In this document: piece by piece, positions 12,684 to 21,736 of the stretch
How positions within the stretch are numbered: the stretch's first letter is position 1
How the letters are laid out: each line of letters begins with the position of its first letter
NCBI GenBank assembly: GCA_041946855.1
Contig: JBHGBE010000009.1
Location: forward strand, 7,838-71,837
Origin: Phycisphaerae bacterium
Lineage (GTDB): Bacteria; Planctomycetota; Phycisphaerae; SM23-33
Direction of reading: 5' to 3'
Length of the DNA: 64,000 bases
Translations under genes and position numbers: made by a program
Notes under the pieces: model-generated
Databases searched by the model: none
What the model was told of the DNA's origin: nothing
The model's input: the letters and a program-made list of their open reading frames with translations, nothing else

Positions 12684-12725
12684 AATGCCCTCCAGTGATC
12701 GTCGATATGGCCTACATTGGGGGCC

Positions 12726-12917
12726 ATGATCGAGAAACCGAGACTCGCAACGTTGCGGAGCATGGCAGCGCGCCTCCACGTCACGGGAAAATGGCTGAGG
12801 GCCGAAGCCGAAGCGGGACGCCTGCCGCATGTCAAGGCGGACAGGGTTCTACTGTTCGACCCGGAAGCAGTCGAAGCGGCGCTCCTAGAGCGGGCGCGGG
12901 GAGGGGACCACCCATGA
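12726..12917 (+). CDS. Excisionase-like (MerR/HTH_17) DNA-binding protein
   Basis: TLRSMAARLHVTGKWLRAEAEAGRLPHVK..LLFDPEAVEAAL. Confidence 0.7.
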   Translation: MIEKPRLATLRSMAARLHVTGKWLRAEAEAGRLPHVKADRVLLFDPEAVEAALLERARGGDHP

Positions 12918-13213
12918 GCTGGACGCAGCAGGCTCACGACGGGCAAGTGCCTATTCGCCTCGATAGCCGGCCCGAATCGGCCCCAGGAATCGTCCAGAGC
13001 AGTCCGGTGGACGTGCAGGCCGTCCGACGGCAGCGGCTTGCCCAGGTTCCCGCCCGGCAACGTCCCATCTTCCTTCGCGCCTGGACAGGCCGGAGCCGCA
13101 AGGCGGCATTGAGGGCTGCCTGTCTTGAGTGTGTCGGCTACGAGTCGGCCGAGGTCAACCGCTGTACTTCCTTGCCATGCCCGCTGTATCCATACCGGGA
13201 GGGCCGACTATGA
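12914..13213 (+). CDS. Small phage-type Cys4 zinc-binding protein
   Basis: ALRAACLECVG..EVNRCTSLPCPLYPYR; ATGA-coupled on both sides. Confidence 0.65.
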   Translation: MSWTQQAHDGQVPIRLDSRPESAPGIVQSSPVDVQAVRRQRLAQVPARQRPIFLRAWTGRSRKAALRAACLECVGYESAEVNRCTSLPCPLYPYREGRL

Positions 13214-13482
13214 CCCACCTCCAGGACGCCCAGCCTGTCCCCGCCTGTACGTGCGACTCGACCACACCCACGCCGCTGCTCTGCACTGCGGCCCAGGCCG
13301 CCGCGCTATGCTCATGTTCCCTTCGCCAGTGGTGGAGGATGAGCGCCAGCCTGAAGACCCCGGCACCAGTGCTCTTGGGCCAGCGCCGTCGATGGCGGCA
13401 CGCCGACATAGCGGCCTGGTGCGCCGCCGGCTGCCCGGATCGCGAGAGTCTTGAGCGGCTGAGGCAGGAGGGGCCGCCATGA
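13210..13482 (+). CDS. AlpA-like HTH regulator
   Basis: LLCTAAQAAALCSCSLRQWWRM..PAPVLLGQRRRWRHADIAAW..GCP. Confidence 0.7.
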   Translation: MTHLQDAQPVPACTCDSTTPTPLLCTAAQAAALCSCSLRQWWRMSASLKTPAPVLLGQRRRWRHADIAAWCAAGCPDRESLERLRQEGPP

Positions 13483-14831
13483 GCAACAGGCCCGCCGCCC
13501 GCAGCGATGGCTTCTGGCGCGTCCCGCACGATGAGCTTTCGGCCCTTCTCCGTCGCCGTGATCTTCTCTCGGAAACCGCGCGCGTCTACCTAGCCCTGGC
13601 GGACCTGACTTGGGGATACGGCAAGGCGAGAGACATTGTAAGCATCGGCCAAGTGGGGGAACTGGCGGGCATTGAGCGGCCCAACGTCGCCCGCGCCTTC
13701 CGTGACCTGGCAATCGCGGAAAGCACACCCGGCGCGGCGAACGTGCCGTACTACGTCGGCCAGATTGTCGAGGCCCGCAAGCGCCGCGATTCTATGCTGG
13801 CCGGGCTGGACCTGCGCGCCAAGGCCGCCGATTGGGGCGAACCGCTGGCGGACACGCTGACCTCGCACAACCGGGCGCTGTACGAGATCATGGGCCAGCG
13901 ACAGCAGACCGGCGGCGCTGCCGGGGAGATCGGCAACCGCGTGCTGGTGGAGATCGAGCGGATACAGCGCGAGGGCTTGACGCCGGGGCTGTGGACGGGC
14001 ATGGCGCCCCTTGACGCGGCGACGGGCGGGCTGCGCCCCGGCAACGTGTTGGTCCTGGCGGCCAATCGCGCGCAGGGCAAGAGCGCGCTTGCCGGGGCCG
14101 TCGCCTTGCACGTCGCCAAGGCCGGCAGGCCCGCGCTGTTTGTGTCCCTGGAAATGGAGCCGTCGGAACTGACGACGCGCTTCCTGGCGAACCTTGCCGA
14201 CGTTCCGCACAGTGTCTTGCGGGGCGCACGTCCGACGGCGGAACAGTGGACGCGGCTCCAAGTCGCCCAAGGGGAGCTTGACAAGCTGCCGCTGCGGATA
14301 GTCGCGCCGCCGTCGCCTACCGTGGAAGCCGTCGCGTCGGAAATCGCCGTCGCCGGCTACTCGATGGGAAGGCCCCCGGCGCTTGTCGTGCTGGACTACC
14401 TACAGCTTGTCGAGGGCGGCCGTTCCGCGTCGGAATACGAGATCGTCACGCGGGCTAGCCGGCAAATAAAGGCCCTGGCGCGGGGGGCCGGTGTGCCGTT
14501 CATCCTCTTGTGCCAGTTGAACCGGCAGGCGGAACTAGAGAAGCGCCGGCCGGAATTGCACGACCTTCGCCAATCCGGGCAGATAGAGAACGACGCCGAC
14601 GCGGTTCTCCTGTTGTGGAGCGACCCCGACAGGCCGGCCGATGGCTTCGGCACAATCGAGACATGGGGCAAGCTGGCCAAGAACCGGCACGGACCGACCC
14701 TGAACCGATGGCCCGATGAGAACGCCAACGGCGGGGGAATCATTCTTCGCTGGCGGCCGGCCGTTATGCGATTCAACTTGGCCCAGGGCGACGGCGGAAA
14801 GAATCTGCAAATCCAGAAGGAATCTAGTTGA
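13479..14831 (+). CDS. Phage Rep(O)-like HTH fused to a DnaB-like helicase C-terminal domain
   Basis: N-terminal VYLALADLTWGYGKARDIVSIGQVGELAG; helicase motifs GKS, SLEM, LDYLQL, LCQLNR, DLRQSGQIENDAD and KNRHG. Confidence 0.8.
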   Translation: MSNRPAARSDGFWRVPHDELSALLRRRDLLSETARVYLALADLTWGYGKARDIVSIGQVGELAGIERPNVARAFRDLAIAESTPGAANVPYYVGQIVEARKRRDSMLAGLDLRAKAADWGEPLADTLTSHNRALYEIMGQRQQTGGAAGEIGNRVLVEIERIQREGLTPGLWTGMAPLDAATGGLRPGNVLVLAANRAQGKSALAGAVALHVAKAGRPALFVSLEMEPSELTTRFLANLADVPHSVLRGARPTAEQWTRLQVAQGELDKLPLRIVAPPSPTVEAVASEIAVAGYSMGRPPALVVLDYLQLVEGGRSASEYEIVTRASRQIKALARGAGVPFILLCQLNRQAELEKRRPELHDLRQSGQIENDADAVLLLWSDPDRPADGFGTIETWGKLAKNRHGPTLNRWPDENANGGGIILRWRPAVMRFNLAQGDGGKNLQIQKESS

Positions 14832-14857
14832 CGAACAGGCAACCACAAGCGTAGTAT
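14828..14857 (+). promoter_or_regulatory. Sigma70-like promoter for xre-int
   Basis: TTGACG-18-TAGTAT; the XRE ATG lies 8 nt after the -10 box. Confidence 0.5.
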
Positions 14858-14864
14858 ATGGGCG

Positions 14865-15134
14865 ATGGGACAGAGACGAGCGAACCTGAGCGAGCAAGTC
14901 AGACGGGCGCTGGACGATTCCGGGCTGTCGCGATACGCCGTGTGCAAGCTGACCGGAATCGACAAGGGCCACATGTCGCGCTTCATGTCCGGGCAAGGCG
15001 CGCTGTCAATGGAGAACCTAGACGCGCTTGGCCGGCTGCTGCTGTTGCGGATCACGGCGAACGGCAAGCCGACACCGCCGCCCAAGATGAGGCCGGGGCG
15101 CAAGCGCAAGAACGCAAAGGGAAAGAAGGGCTGA
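14865..15134 (+). CDS. XRE-family HTH regulator
   Basis: LSEQVRRALDDSGLSRYAVCKLTGIDKGHMSRFMSG..LSMENLDAL. Confidence 0.8.
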   Translation: MGQRRANLSEQVRRALDDSGLSRYAVCKLTGIDKGHMSRFMSGQGALSMENLDALGRLLLLRITANGKPTPPPKMRPGRKRKNAKGKKG

Positions 15135-15137
15135 GTA

Positions 15138-16625
15138 ATGGCATTTGCGATTCGCAGAAGCTACCGGGACAGAAACGGCCGTAAGAGGAAGTGCCGGGCC
15201 TACATCGTCTGCTGGCAGGATGTTCACCGCCAGTGGCACAGGCTCCCAACGCGCTATACGGACAAGCAGGCCGCCGTGGACCTTGGCAACCGCCTGGAGC
15301 GCGAAAGCGCTCAAGGTGAGGAAGGCCGGCGAGACCTGTACGCCGAGGCGCGGTCGGCCCCGCTGTCAAGGCACGTCGCGGACTGGACGGCCGATCTCGC
15401 CACGGCCGGGCGCGATGACAAGTACACGCTCGTGTGCAAGTGGCGGATGAACAGGCTGATTGCGGAGTGCCATTGGAACACGCTGGCGGATGTCAGCGGC
15501 GACAGCTTCATCAAGTGGCGAACGGCCGTCAAGGACAAGGGCAACGGCACGGACACGGGCAAGGGCCGCAAGGCCAAGGGTCCGCGAACGCTGAACGAGT
15601 ACCTCGAAACAGCGCGGGCGATGCTGTCATGGTGCGTCCGCCAGAAGCGGCTGCCGGATAACCCGCTGGCGGCCGTGGGGAAGCTGGACACGACCGGCGA
15701 CATTCGCCGCAAGAGGCGGGCTCTGTCTGAGGATGAGCTTCGCCGGCTGTTGGCCGCCGCCCCGGAAGATCGGCGGAGGGTGTACCTGTTCGCGGCCACT
15801 ACGGGGTTGCGGCGGCAGGAGATCGCGGACCTCCGCTGGTATGACTTGCACCTGAACGCGACGAAGCCCTACATCGCGCTGCGGGCCGCCGCGACGAAGG
15901 CCCGCCGCGCTGACTGCGTGTACCTGCGGCAGGACATGGCGGAGCAGTTGCGGAAGATCAAGCCGGCCGATGAATCCGGGCCGGTGTTCGCCCGCGTGCC
16001 GTCCATGATCGTCTTCCGCAACGACCTCGCGGCGGCTGGCATACCGGAACTTGACGCGCAGAAGCGCCGGGTCGATTTCCACGGCCTGCGCGTGTCCCTG
16101 GCGACGATAATGGCGCGGAGCGGTGTATCGCCTCGGACGGCAATGGAAGTCATGCGGCACACGGACATCCGTTTGACCTTGCAGACGTACACGGACCCGC
16201 AAGCCCTGGCCGTCGCGGATGCTGTTGAATCCCTGCCGGACCTCACCAAGCCCGCCCCGGAAGCCGACGCCCAGGCACAGAAGGCCGTCCGCACCGGAAC
16301 TGACGACCGGCCGGTCGAGCGGCCCGCTGATGCCGCCGGCCCCAGGTCGGCCAGCGCGCCGGCCAAGGGAATTTGTCTGACACACCCACTGACACATGAA
16401 ACCGACTTTTCGCTGCGCATGATGGCACACGGCGGCGCGGTTGACGGCGCGGCCGGCGCTGTCAACGAGGCTTCGCCGGCGAACTTGCCGACAGTGATTT
16501 CACCCCTTGAAAACAAGCATCTCGGCGCTGTCGAGCGCGACATGGCACACGATGGCGCAAGCGAAAAGCCCGGCGCTGACGCCGGGCTTCAAGAAGTGGG
16601 AGCGGTAGGATTTGAACCTACGTAG
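15138..16625 (+). CDS. Tyrosine recombinase/integrase
   Basis: Catalytic residues TGLR, K, FHGLR, MRH and Y (LQTYT); adjacent to the tRNA 3' end. Confidence 0.93.
   Translation: MAFAIRRSYRDRNGRKRKCRAYIVCWQDVHRQWHRLPTRYTDKQAAVDLGNRLERESAQGEEGRRDLYAEARSAPLSRHVADWTADLATAGRDDKYTLVCKWRMNRLIAECHWNTLADVSGDSFIKWRTAVKDKGNGTDTGKGRKAKGPRTLNEYLETARAMLSWCVRQKRLPDNPLAAVGKLDTTGDIRRKRRALSEDELRRLLAAAPEDRRRVYLFAATTGLRRQEIADLRWYDLHLNATKPYIALRAAATKARRADCVYLRQDMAEQLRKIKPADESGPVFARVPSMIVFRNDLAAAGIPELDAQKRRVDFHGLRVSLATIMARSGVSPRTAMEVMRHTDIRLTLQTYTDPQALAVADAVESLPDLTKPAPEADAQAQKAVRTGTDDRPVERPADAAGPRSASAPAKGICLTHPLTHETDFSLRMMAHGGAVDGAAGAVNEASPANLPTVISPLENKHLGAVERDMAHDGASEKPGADAGLQEVGAVGFEPT
16562..16590 (-). terminator. 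Intrinsic terminator-like hairpin downstream of tRNA-Tyr
   Basis: Minus strand GAAGCCCGGCG-TCAG-CGCCGGGCTTTTC. Confidence 0.7.
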
Positions 16626-16681
16626 GCAGTTAAGCCGGCAGATTTACAGTCTGCTCCCATTGACCACTCGGGCACACTCCC
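16597..16681 (-). tRNA. tRNA-Tyr(GTA), CCA not encoded
   Basis: GGGAGTG/CGCTCCC acceptor stem, GCAGA-CTGTAAA-TCTGC anticodon arm, long variable arm and GTTCAAATC T-loop. Confidence 0.96.
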
Positions 16682-16695
16682 AAGAAGACAAACTA

Positions 16696-16724
16696 AGCCT
16701 ACGCAATGTGGGCCTGTCCGTCAA
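16696..16724 (-). promoter_or_regulatory. Promoter for tRNA-Tyr
   Basis: Minus strand TTGACG-17-TAGGCT ending 14 nt upstream of the tRNA. Confidence 0.55.
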
Positions 16725-17224
16725 GTCCTATCGGCGCTATCGGCGGGCGATTCGCCTTGCGGCTGGGGCGACGGGTCGGGTGGAGCAGGATAGTCGATGA
16801 TGACGTTCACCGGCCCGACGGCCGTCGAGAGGACCGCCATGCTCGCGCGGAACACGCCGCAGGCGACGGTGCAGCCAAGCTTGCGCAGTTCGGCGACGAA
16901 GTCGTCGTAGAGCGGTTGGGCGATTTCGGGCGGGGCGGCCGCGGCGAACGCGGGGCGCCGGCCCTTGCGGGCATCCGCCAGCAGGGCGAAGTTGGACACG
17001 GCCAGCACCGCCCCGCCGGCGTCGCGCACGCTGAGATTCAGCTTGCCCTGCGCATCGTCGAATATCCGCAGGAAGGCGACCTTCTCCGCGAGCCGCGCGG
17101 CGCACGCGGAATCGTCGCCGGCGGCCACGCCCAGGTACACCAGGAGGCCCGGCCCTATCCGGCCCGTGACCTGCCCATCGACCCGCACCTCCGCGGACTC
17201 GACGCGTTGGACCAATGCTCGCAT
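16721..17224 (-). CDS. dtd: D-aminoacyl-tRNA deacylase
   Basis: MRALVQRV..LRIFDDAQGKLNLSV..SNFAL..KGRRPAF..GVFRASM..GPV. Confidence 0.9.
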   Translation of the reverse strand: MRALVQRVESAEVRVDGQVTGRIGPGLLVYLGVAAGDDSACAARLAEKVAFLRIFDDAQGKLNLSVRDAGGAVLAVSNFALLADARKGRRPAFAAAAPPEIAQPLYDDFVAELRKLGCTVACGVFRASMAVLSTAVGPVNVIIDYPAPPDPSPQPQGESPADSADRT

Positions 17225-17295
17225 CGCCAGCTCCTTGCCGGCGGATTGTCCTATAATTCGATGCTCCGTGGAATAGGCGGCCCGGAGGGAACATA

Positions 17296-17958
17296 ATGGT
17301 TCAGGCGATATCATCCCATCTTGAGAGTATCGAGGTGCGCGCCGGGGCCGTCGCGCTGAAGGGCGACCTTGCCGTTCCGGAGGATGCCCGCGCGCTTGTG
17401 ATTTTCGCGCACGGCAGCGGGTCCGGGCGCGCCAGCCCGCGCAACCGCGCGGTGGCCGGGTCGCTCAATGCCGGCGGCCTGGCGACGCTGCTGGTGGACC
17501 TGCTGACGCCCGGCGAGCGGGAGATAGATGATCGGACGATGCGGCTTAGGTTCGACATCCCGCTTCTGGCCAATCGGGTAATCGGCGCGATCGACTGGGC
17601 CGGCTCGCAGGAGGACCTCGCGCGGATGCAAGTGGGCCTGTACGGCGCGAGCACCGGGGCGGCGGCGGCGATAGTGGCGGCGGCCCAGCGCGCGGACCGA
17701 GTGGGGGCAATCGTCTCGCGCGGTGGCCGGCCGGACCTGGCGGCCGAGGCGCTGCCCAATGTTAAGGCCCCGCTCCTGCTGATCGTCGGCAGTCTCGACG
17801 GGCAGGTCATCAATCTGAACCGCTACGCCCAGGGCTTCCTGCACTGCGAGAACCGCCTTGAAATCGTCCCCGGCACCGGCCATCTGTTCGAGGAGCCTGG
17901 AAAGATCGAAGAGGTATCGCGCCTGGCGGGCGAGTGGTTCAGGCGGCACCTGGCGTGA
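17296..17958 (+). CDS. Dienelactone hydrolase-like alpha/beta hydrolase
   Basis: HGSGSGR.SPRN, GASTG, SRGGRPDLA and HLFEEPG. Confidence 0.88.
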   Translation: MVQAISSHLESIEVRAGAVALKGDLAVPEDARALVIFAHGSGSGRASPRNRAVAGSLNAGGLATLLVDLLTPGEREIDDRTMRLRFDIPLLANRVIGAIDWAGSQEDLARMQVGLYGASTGAAAAIVAAAQRADRVGAIVSRGGRPDLAAEALPNVKAPLLLIVGSLDGQVINLNRYAQGFLHCENRLEIVPGTGHLFEEPGKIEEVSRLAGEWFRRHLA

Positions 17959-18064
17959 CGGCCGTCAGGGCTGGACTGCGACCCGGAAGCTGAAGTCCGC
18001 GTCGGCCTGATCCGGGCCGTACATGATCCAGCCGACAGGAGGGCCATCAACGTCCGCTTGCGGA

Positions 18065-20101
18065 TCACTTCCCGCTCGCCGCGGCAGTGGCCGCCGGCGC
18101 GCTGGCGGGCCGCGTCGCGGGGATGAGCTTGGGCAAGTCCGCCTCGCTGGGCCAGTCGCTCCCGCTGATGACCGCCGGCATGGCGATGTGTACTCGCTGG
18201 AGCTCAAGAACGGTCCCGGTTGCCCGGGCCAGGTCGGCCATGGCCGAGTTGTACGCGACGATGGCCTGCCACCGGGAGCGGTGCGCATCCGCCAGCGATT
18301 CCTGCGCCTGGAGCTTGACCTGGAGGAACTCCGGCGAGAGCCTGCCGCGAATCTGCTGCGTGTCCTCGAGGGCCTGTAGCTGCGCCTTGGCCGCCGCGAT
18401 CACGGCCTCCTGCGCGTGCATTTCCTGATACGTCGTCTCGACCTGGCGTATCCGCTCCTTGATGAGAACGCCCACCTGATCGGCCGCGTCCTGTAACTGC
18501 GCGATGGCCTTAAGATATCCGTACCGCTGCTTGAGCACTTCGGCGCGCCGCTCGCGGTTGCCCAGCGGGTACTCGAATTGAAGGCCTACCGAGTAGCTGG
18601 CGAACTCGAAGCTCGTCATGCTCTCGCTGGCCTCCTCGGCGAACTTGTCCAGACCCTGAATGCCGGCCGTGAGCTGGAAGTTCAGCTTGGGCAGCTCCTG
18701 GTTGCGGGCGACAGTCACGTTGACGGCGGCCACATCGATGGCCTGTCTGGCCTGCTCCAGTACCGGGTTGAACCGCAGGCCGGTAAGCAACTGGTCGGTC
18801 ACGTCGAGCTTCACCTCGGCCGTCGCCGGCGCGGTCTCCGGGATGATCTCGTAGGCCGACAGCAGGTTGATCTGCTTGTCCGAAAGCTGCCTGGCCAGCT
18901 TGTCCTGGACGTCGTGAATCGTCTTGCGGGCGCGAATGAGGACGGCCTTTCGCGACTCCACGGCCGCCTCCGCCTGCTTGATCTGCACCTGGCTGGCGTC
19001 GATGGGCTGGCGCTGGACGATGTACCAGTAGGTCTCCTGGGTCTTCGCGAGCAGCGCCTCCTGTATCTGGAGGTCCGCCCTGGCCTCCACCAGCGACCAG
19101 TAGGTCGAGATCGTGTCGTTGATGATCTCTTCAACCTTCTGGCGGAACTGCGCCGCGGATATCTTCTGGTTGAGCTGGGCGATCTTCAGCTTCGACAGGT
19201 TGAACTCCGGCCAGGCGTCCCGCAGCAGCGGCTGGTCGAGCTGGTACTGAAGCTGGTCCTGCCACTGCGGGCTGAACGAGTGGAATATGGTGTTGTCCCA
19301 GTTCCTGGTCATCGTCCATGCCAGCGACTGCTGCGCGCCGGTGATGGTCATCTCCTTGATGCCGGCGTTGAAGGTAGCGAGCTTCTGGAGGCCCGGCTGG
19401 AAGCTGGCCGGATCCACCTCGTTGTGCGCGCGGGCGTAGCTGGCTCCGCCGAAGACCGTCCAGTCGAACTCGGCCGCCGCCTTTATCACGTCCTGCCGGG
19501 CGATGGCCGGGTCGTATGACACCACGCGGATTTCCGCGTTGTTGGCCAGCGCCCGCGTGATGGCGTCCTCAAGCGTCAGGTGGATCAGCACGCCGCGGTC
19601 GACGACGATCGAGCGGGTCCACGAGTCGCGCCCGACGCGGTCCTCGGTGTCCGTTATGACGGGGGAGACCTTCGGCGCCTTGGAATCGGGCGGCACGTAT
19701 TCGAACGACCGCTCGACGGTCGTGTCGGAGCGAGACTTCAGCACCGTCTCCTGGCCGGTCGTCGGGTCGCGCTGGAACGTCGTGCCGGTCGTGCGGACGG
19801 TCGTCACGACCTCCAGCCGCCGGCCCTTCTCGTCGACCTGCCCCGTGTCCTTGTAGACCACGTCGGTCTCGACGTGCAGCTTGCGCGGCACCGTCTCCTC
19901 GGTCGACAGGGCCGGGATGCCCTCCGTGCCTGGGGGCGCGAGCAAGCTAAGCCCTTGGTCCGCCCTCTGCTGTGGCCGCGCCACCAGCGACTCCTGGTAA
20001 CGGTTGACCACCGTCGCGTCGATTGGTCCGGGATCGACACACCCGCCAAGCACACCCGCCGCGACGCACGCCAGTATCGTCATCGCCCTGAGAGTGTTCA
20101 T
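18065..20101 (-). CDS. TolC-family outer-membrane efflux lipoprotein
   Basis: Lipobox-like LGGC, LTLEDAITRALANN, QPLLR, ELPKLN and YPLGNR. Confidence 0.85.
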   Translation of the reverse strand: MNTLRAMTILACVAAGVLGGCVDPGPIDATVVNRYQESLVARPQQRADQGLSLLAPPGTEGIPALSTEETVPRKLHVETDVVYKDTGQVDEKGRRLEVVTTVRTTGTTFQRDPTTGQETVLKSRSDTTVERSFEYVPPDSKAPKVSPVITDTEDRVGRDSWTRSIVVDRGVLIHLTLEDAITRALANNAEIRVVSYDPAIARQDVIKAAAEFDWTVFGGASYARAHNEVDPASFQPGLQKLATFNAGIKEMTITGAQQSLAWTMTRNWDNTIFHSFSPQWQDQLQYQLDQPLLRDAWPEFNLSKLKIAQLNQKISAAQFRQKVEEIINDTISTYWSLVEARADLQIQEALLAKTQETYWYIVQRQPIDASQVQIKQAEAAVESRKAVLIRARKTIHDVQDKLARQLSDKQINLLSAYEIIPETAPATAEVKLDVTDQLLTGLRFNPVLEQARQAIDVAAVNVTVARNQELPKLNFQLTAGIQGLDKFAEEASESMTSFEFASYSVGLQFEYPLGNRERRAEVLKQRYGYLKAIAQLQDAADQVGVLIKERIRQVETTYQEMHAQEAVIAAAKAQLQALEDTQQIRGRLSPEFLQVKLQAQESLADAHRSRWQAIVAYNSAMADLARATGTVLELQRVHIAMPAVISGSDWPSEADLPKLIPATRPASAPAATAAASGK

Positions 20102-20196
20102 GGCCGGGATTATAGGCGGCGGCGAATGAGGTTGCAATTTCCGCCGGATTGCCGAATAATTCCCTGGCGCGGTTTTCCCCATGAAAGGGCCGACGA

Positions 20197-21585
20197 ATGG
20201 CTGCCTACGACAAGGTGTTCAAGGCTTACGACGTCCGCGGGATTTACGGCGAGGAGATCGACGAGGACCTCGCCTGGAAGGTGGGCCACGCGTCCGCCGG
20301 GTTCCTGCGGAGCCTCCTGAGCGGCTACAACCGCGGACAGGCCTCAAGCAACAAGCTCGTCGTCGGCCACGACATGCGGCCGTCAAGCGAGTCGCTCACG
20401 GCCGCGCTCATCGAAGGCATCACGTCAACCGGCGCCGGCGTCATCAACATCGGCCTGTGCGACTCGCCAATGATGTACTGGGCGGTCAACCACCTGGGCA
20501 CCTGCGGCGGCGTGATGGTGACCGCCTCGCACAATCCCGTCGAGTACAACGGCTTCAAGGTCTCGGGCGCCAAGGCCCGTCCCGTCGGCGCGGACACGGG
20601 CCTGAAGGAAATCCAGCGAATCGCCTCCACGACTCGCCGCCAGCCGGCCGGCTCGTCCATCGCGCCCGTGCAGAAGGTGGACCTCTGGGCCGACTACCGC
20701 AAGCACATCCTGAAGTTCCTCAAGGCCGCCAGGCGGCTCAAGGTCGTCGTCGACGCCTCCAACGGCTGCGGCGGCAGAATGTTCCCGGCCGTCTTCGACG
20801 GGACAAACATCGACATCGTCCCGCTGAACTTCGAGATCGGCCACGGCTTCGCCCACTCGCCCAACCCGACCATCGAGGCCAACCTGGAGCAGCTCAAGCT
20901 GGCCGTCGTCCAGAACAAGGCCGACATGGGCGTCTGCACCGACGGCGACGCGGACCGCTGCGTCTTCGTCGACGAGCGCGGCACGACAATAACCGGCGAC
21001 CTGATGACCGGACTGCTGGCGAGGCACTTCCTGAAGGACAATCCCGGCGCGGTCGTCGTGTTCGACCTGGTCTCATCGCGGGCGGTGGCCGAGGAGATAC
21101 GCGCCGCCGGCGGCGTGCCGCGGCGCGAGCGGGTCGGCCACGCATTCATCAAGAAGGCCCTGCTCGACACCCACGGCGTCTTCGGCGGCGAGAGGAGCGG
21201 GCATTTCTACTTCCGCGACAACTGGTACTGCGACAGCGGAGCGATCGCCTTCGCGACGGCCGTCTCCATGCTCTCGGCCCAATCCCAGCCGCTGAGCGAG
21301 CTTGTCGCGCCGCTGCGCCGCTACGCCTCCACCGGCGAGATCAACTTCAAGGTCGCCGACAAGCAGGGCAAGATGGAAGAGGTCGCCTCCGCGTTCAAGG
21401 ATGTCTGCCCCAAACCCGACTGGACCGACGGCGTCACGATCGAGTGCGACGACTGGTGGTGCAACGTCCGGCCGTCGAACACCGAGCCGCTGCTGCGCCT
21501 GAACCTGGAGGCCCGCGACATGACGCTGCTGAAGGCCCGGCTGACGCAGATTCAGAAAATCCTCGGCCGGCCGGTCGACCACTGA
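20197..21585 (+). CDS. Phosphomannomutase/phosphoglucomutase
   Basis: FKAYDVRG, TASHNP, DGDADR, GERSGH and RPSNTEP. Confidence 0.95.
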   Translation: MAAYDKVFKAYDVRGIYGEEIDEDLAWKVGHASAGFLRSLLSGYNRGQASSNKLVVGHDMRPSSESLTAALIEGITSTGAGVINIGLCDSPMMYWAVNHLGTCGGVMVTASHNPVEYNGFKVSGAKARPVGADTGLKEIQRIASTTRRQPAGSSIAPVQKVDLWADYRKHILKFLKAARRLKVVVDASNGCGGRMFPAVFDGTNIDIVPLNFEIGHGFAHSPNPTIEANLEQLKLAVVQNKADMGVCTDGDADRCVFVDERGTTITGDLMTGLLARHFLKDNPGAVVVFDLVSSRAVAEEIRAAGGVPRRERVGHAFIKKALLDTHGVFGGERSGHFYFRDNWYCDSGAIAFATAVSMLSAQSQPLSELVAPLRRYASTGEINFKVADKQGKMEEVASAFKDVCPKPDWTDGVTIECDDWWCNVRPSNTEPLLRLNLEARDMTLLKARLTQIQKILGRPVDH

Positions 21586-21652
21586 TCGCGGATCTGTGAG
21601 AATTGGCTTCGTCTTGCAGAACGCCCTCCTTTCCGCCCAGCCGCGCAACGGG

Positions 21653-21668
21653 TGTTCCACGTGGAACA
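21653..21668. promoter_or_regulatory. parS site (ParB-binding palindrome)
   Basis: Perfect intergenic palindrome TGTTCCACGTGGAACA matching the widespread TGTTNCACGTGAAACA-type consensus. Confidence 0.8.
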
Positions 21669-21707
21669 GCTATTGCGCCGCCTCGCCAGGCCGGCCCCGG
21701 CGGCGCC

Positions 21708-21736
21708 GGGACAGTCCCGCCGTCTGGGACTGTCCC
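21708..21736. repeat. GGGACAGTCCC/GGGACTGTCCC inverted repeat
   Basis: 11-bp perfect inverted repeat with a 7-nt loop. Confidence 0.6.
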
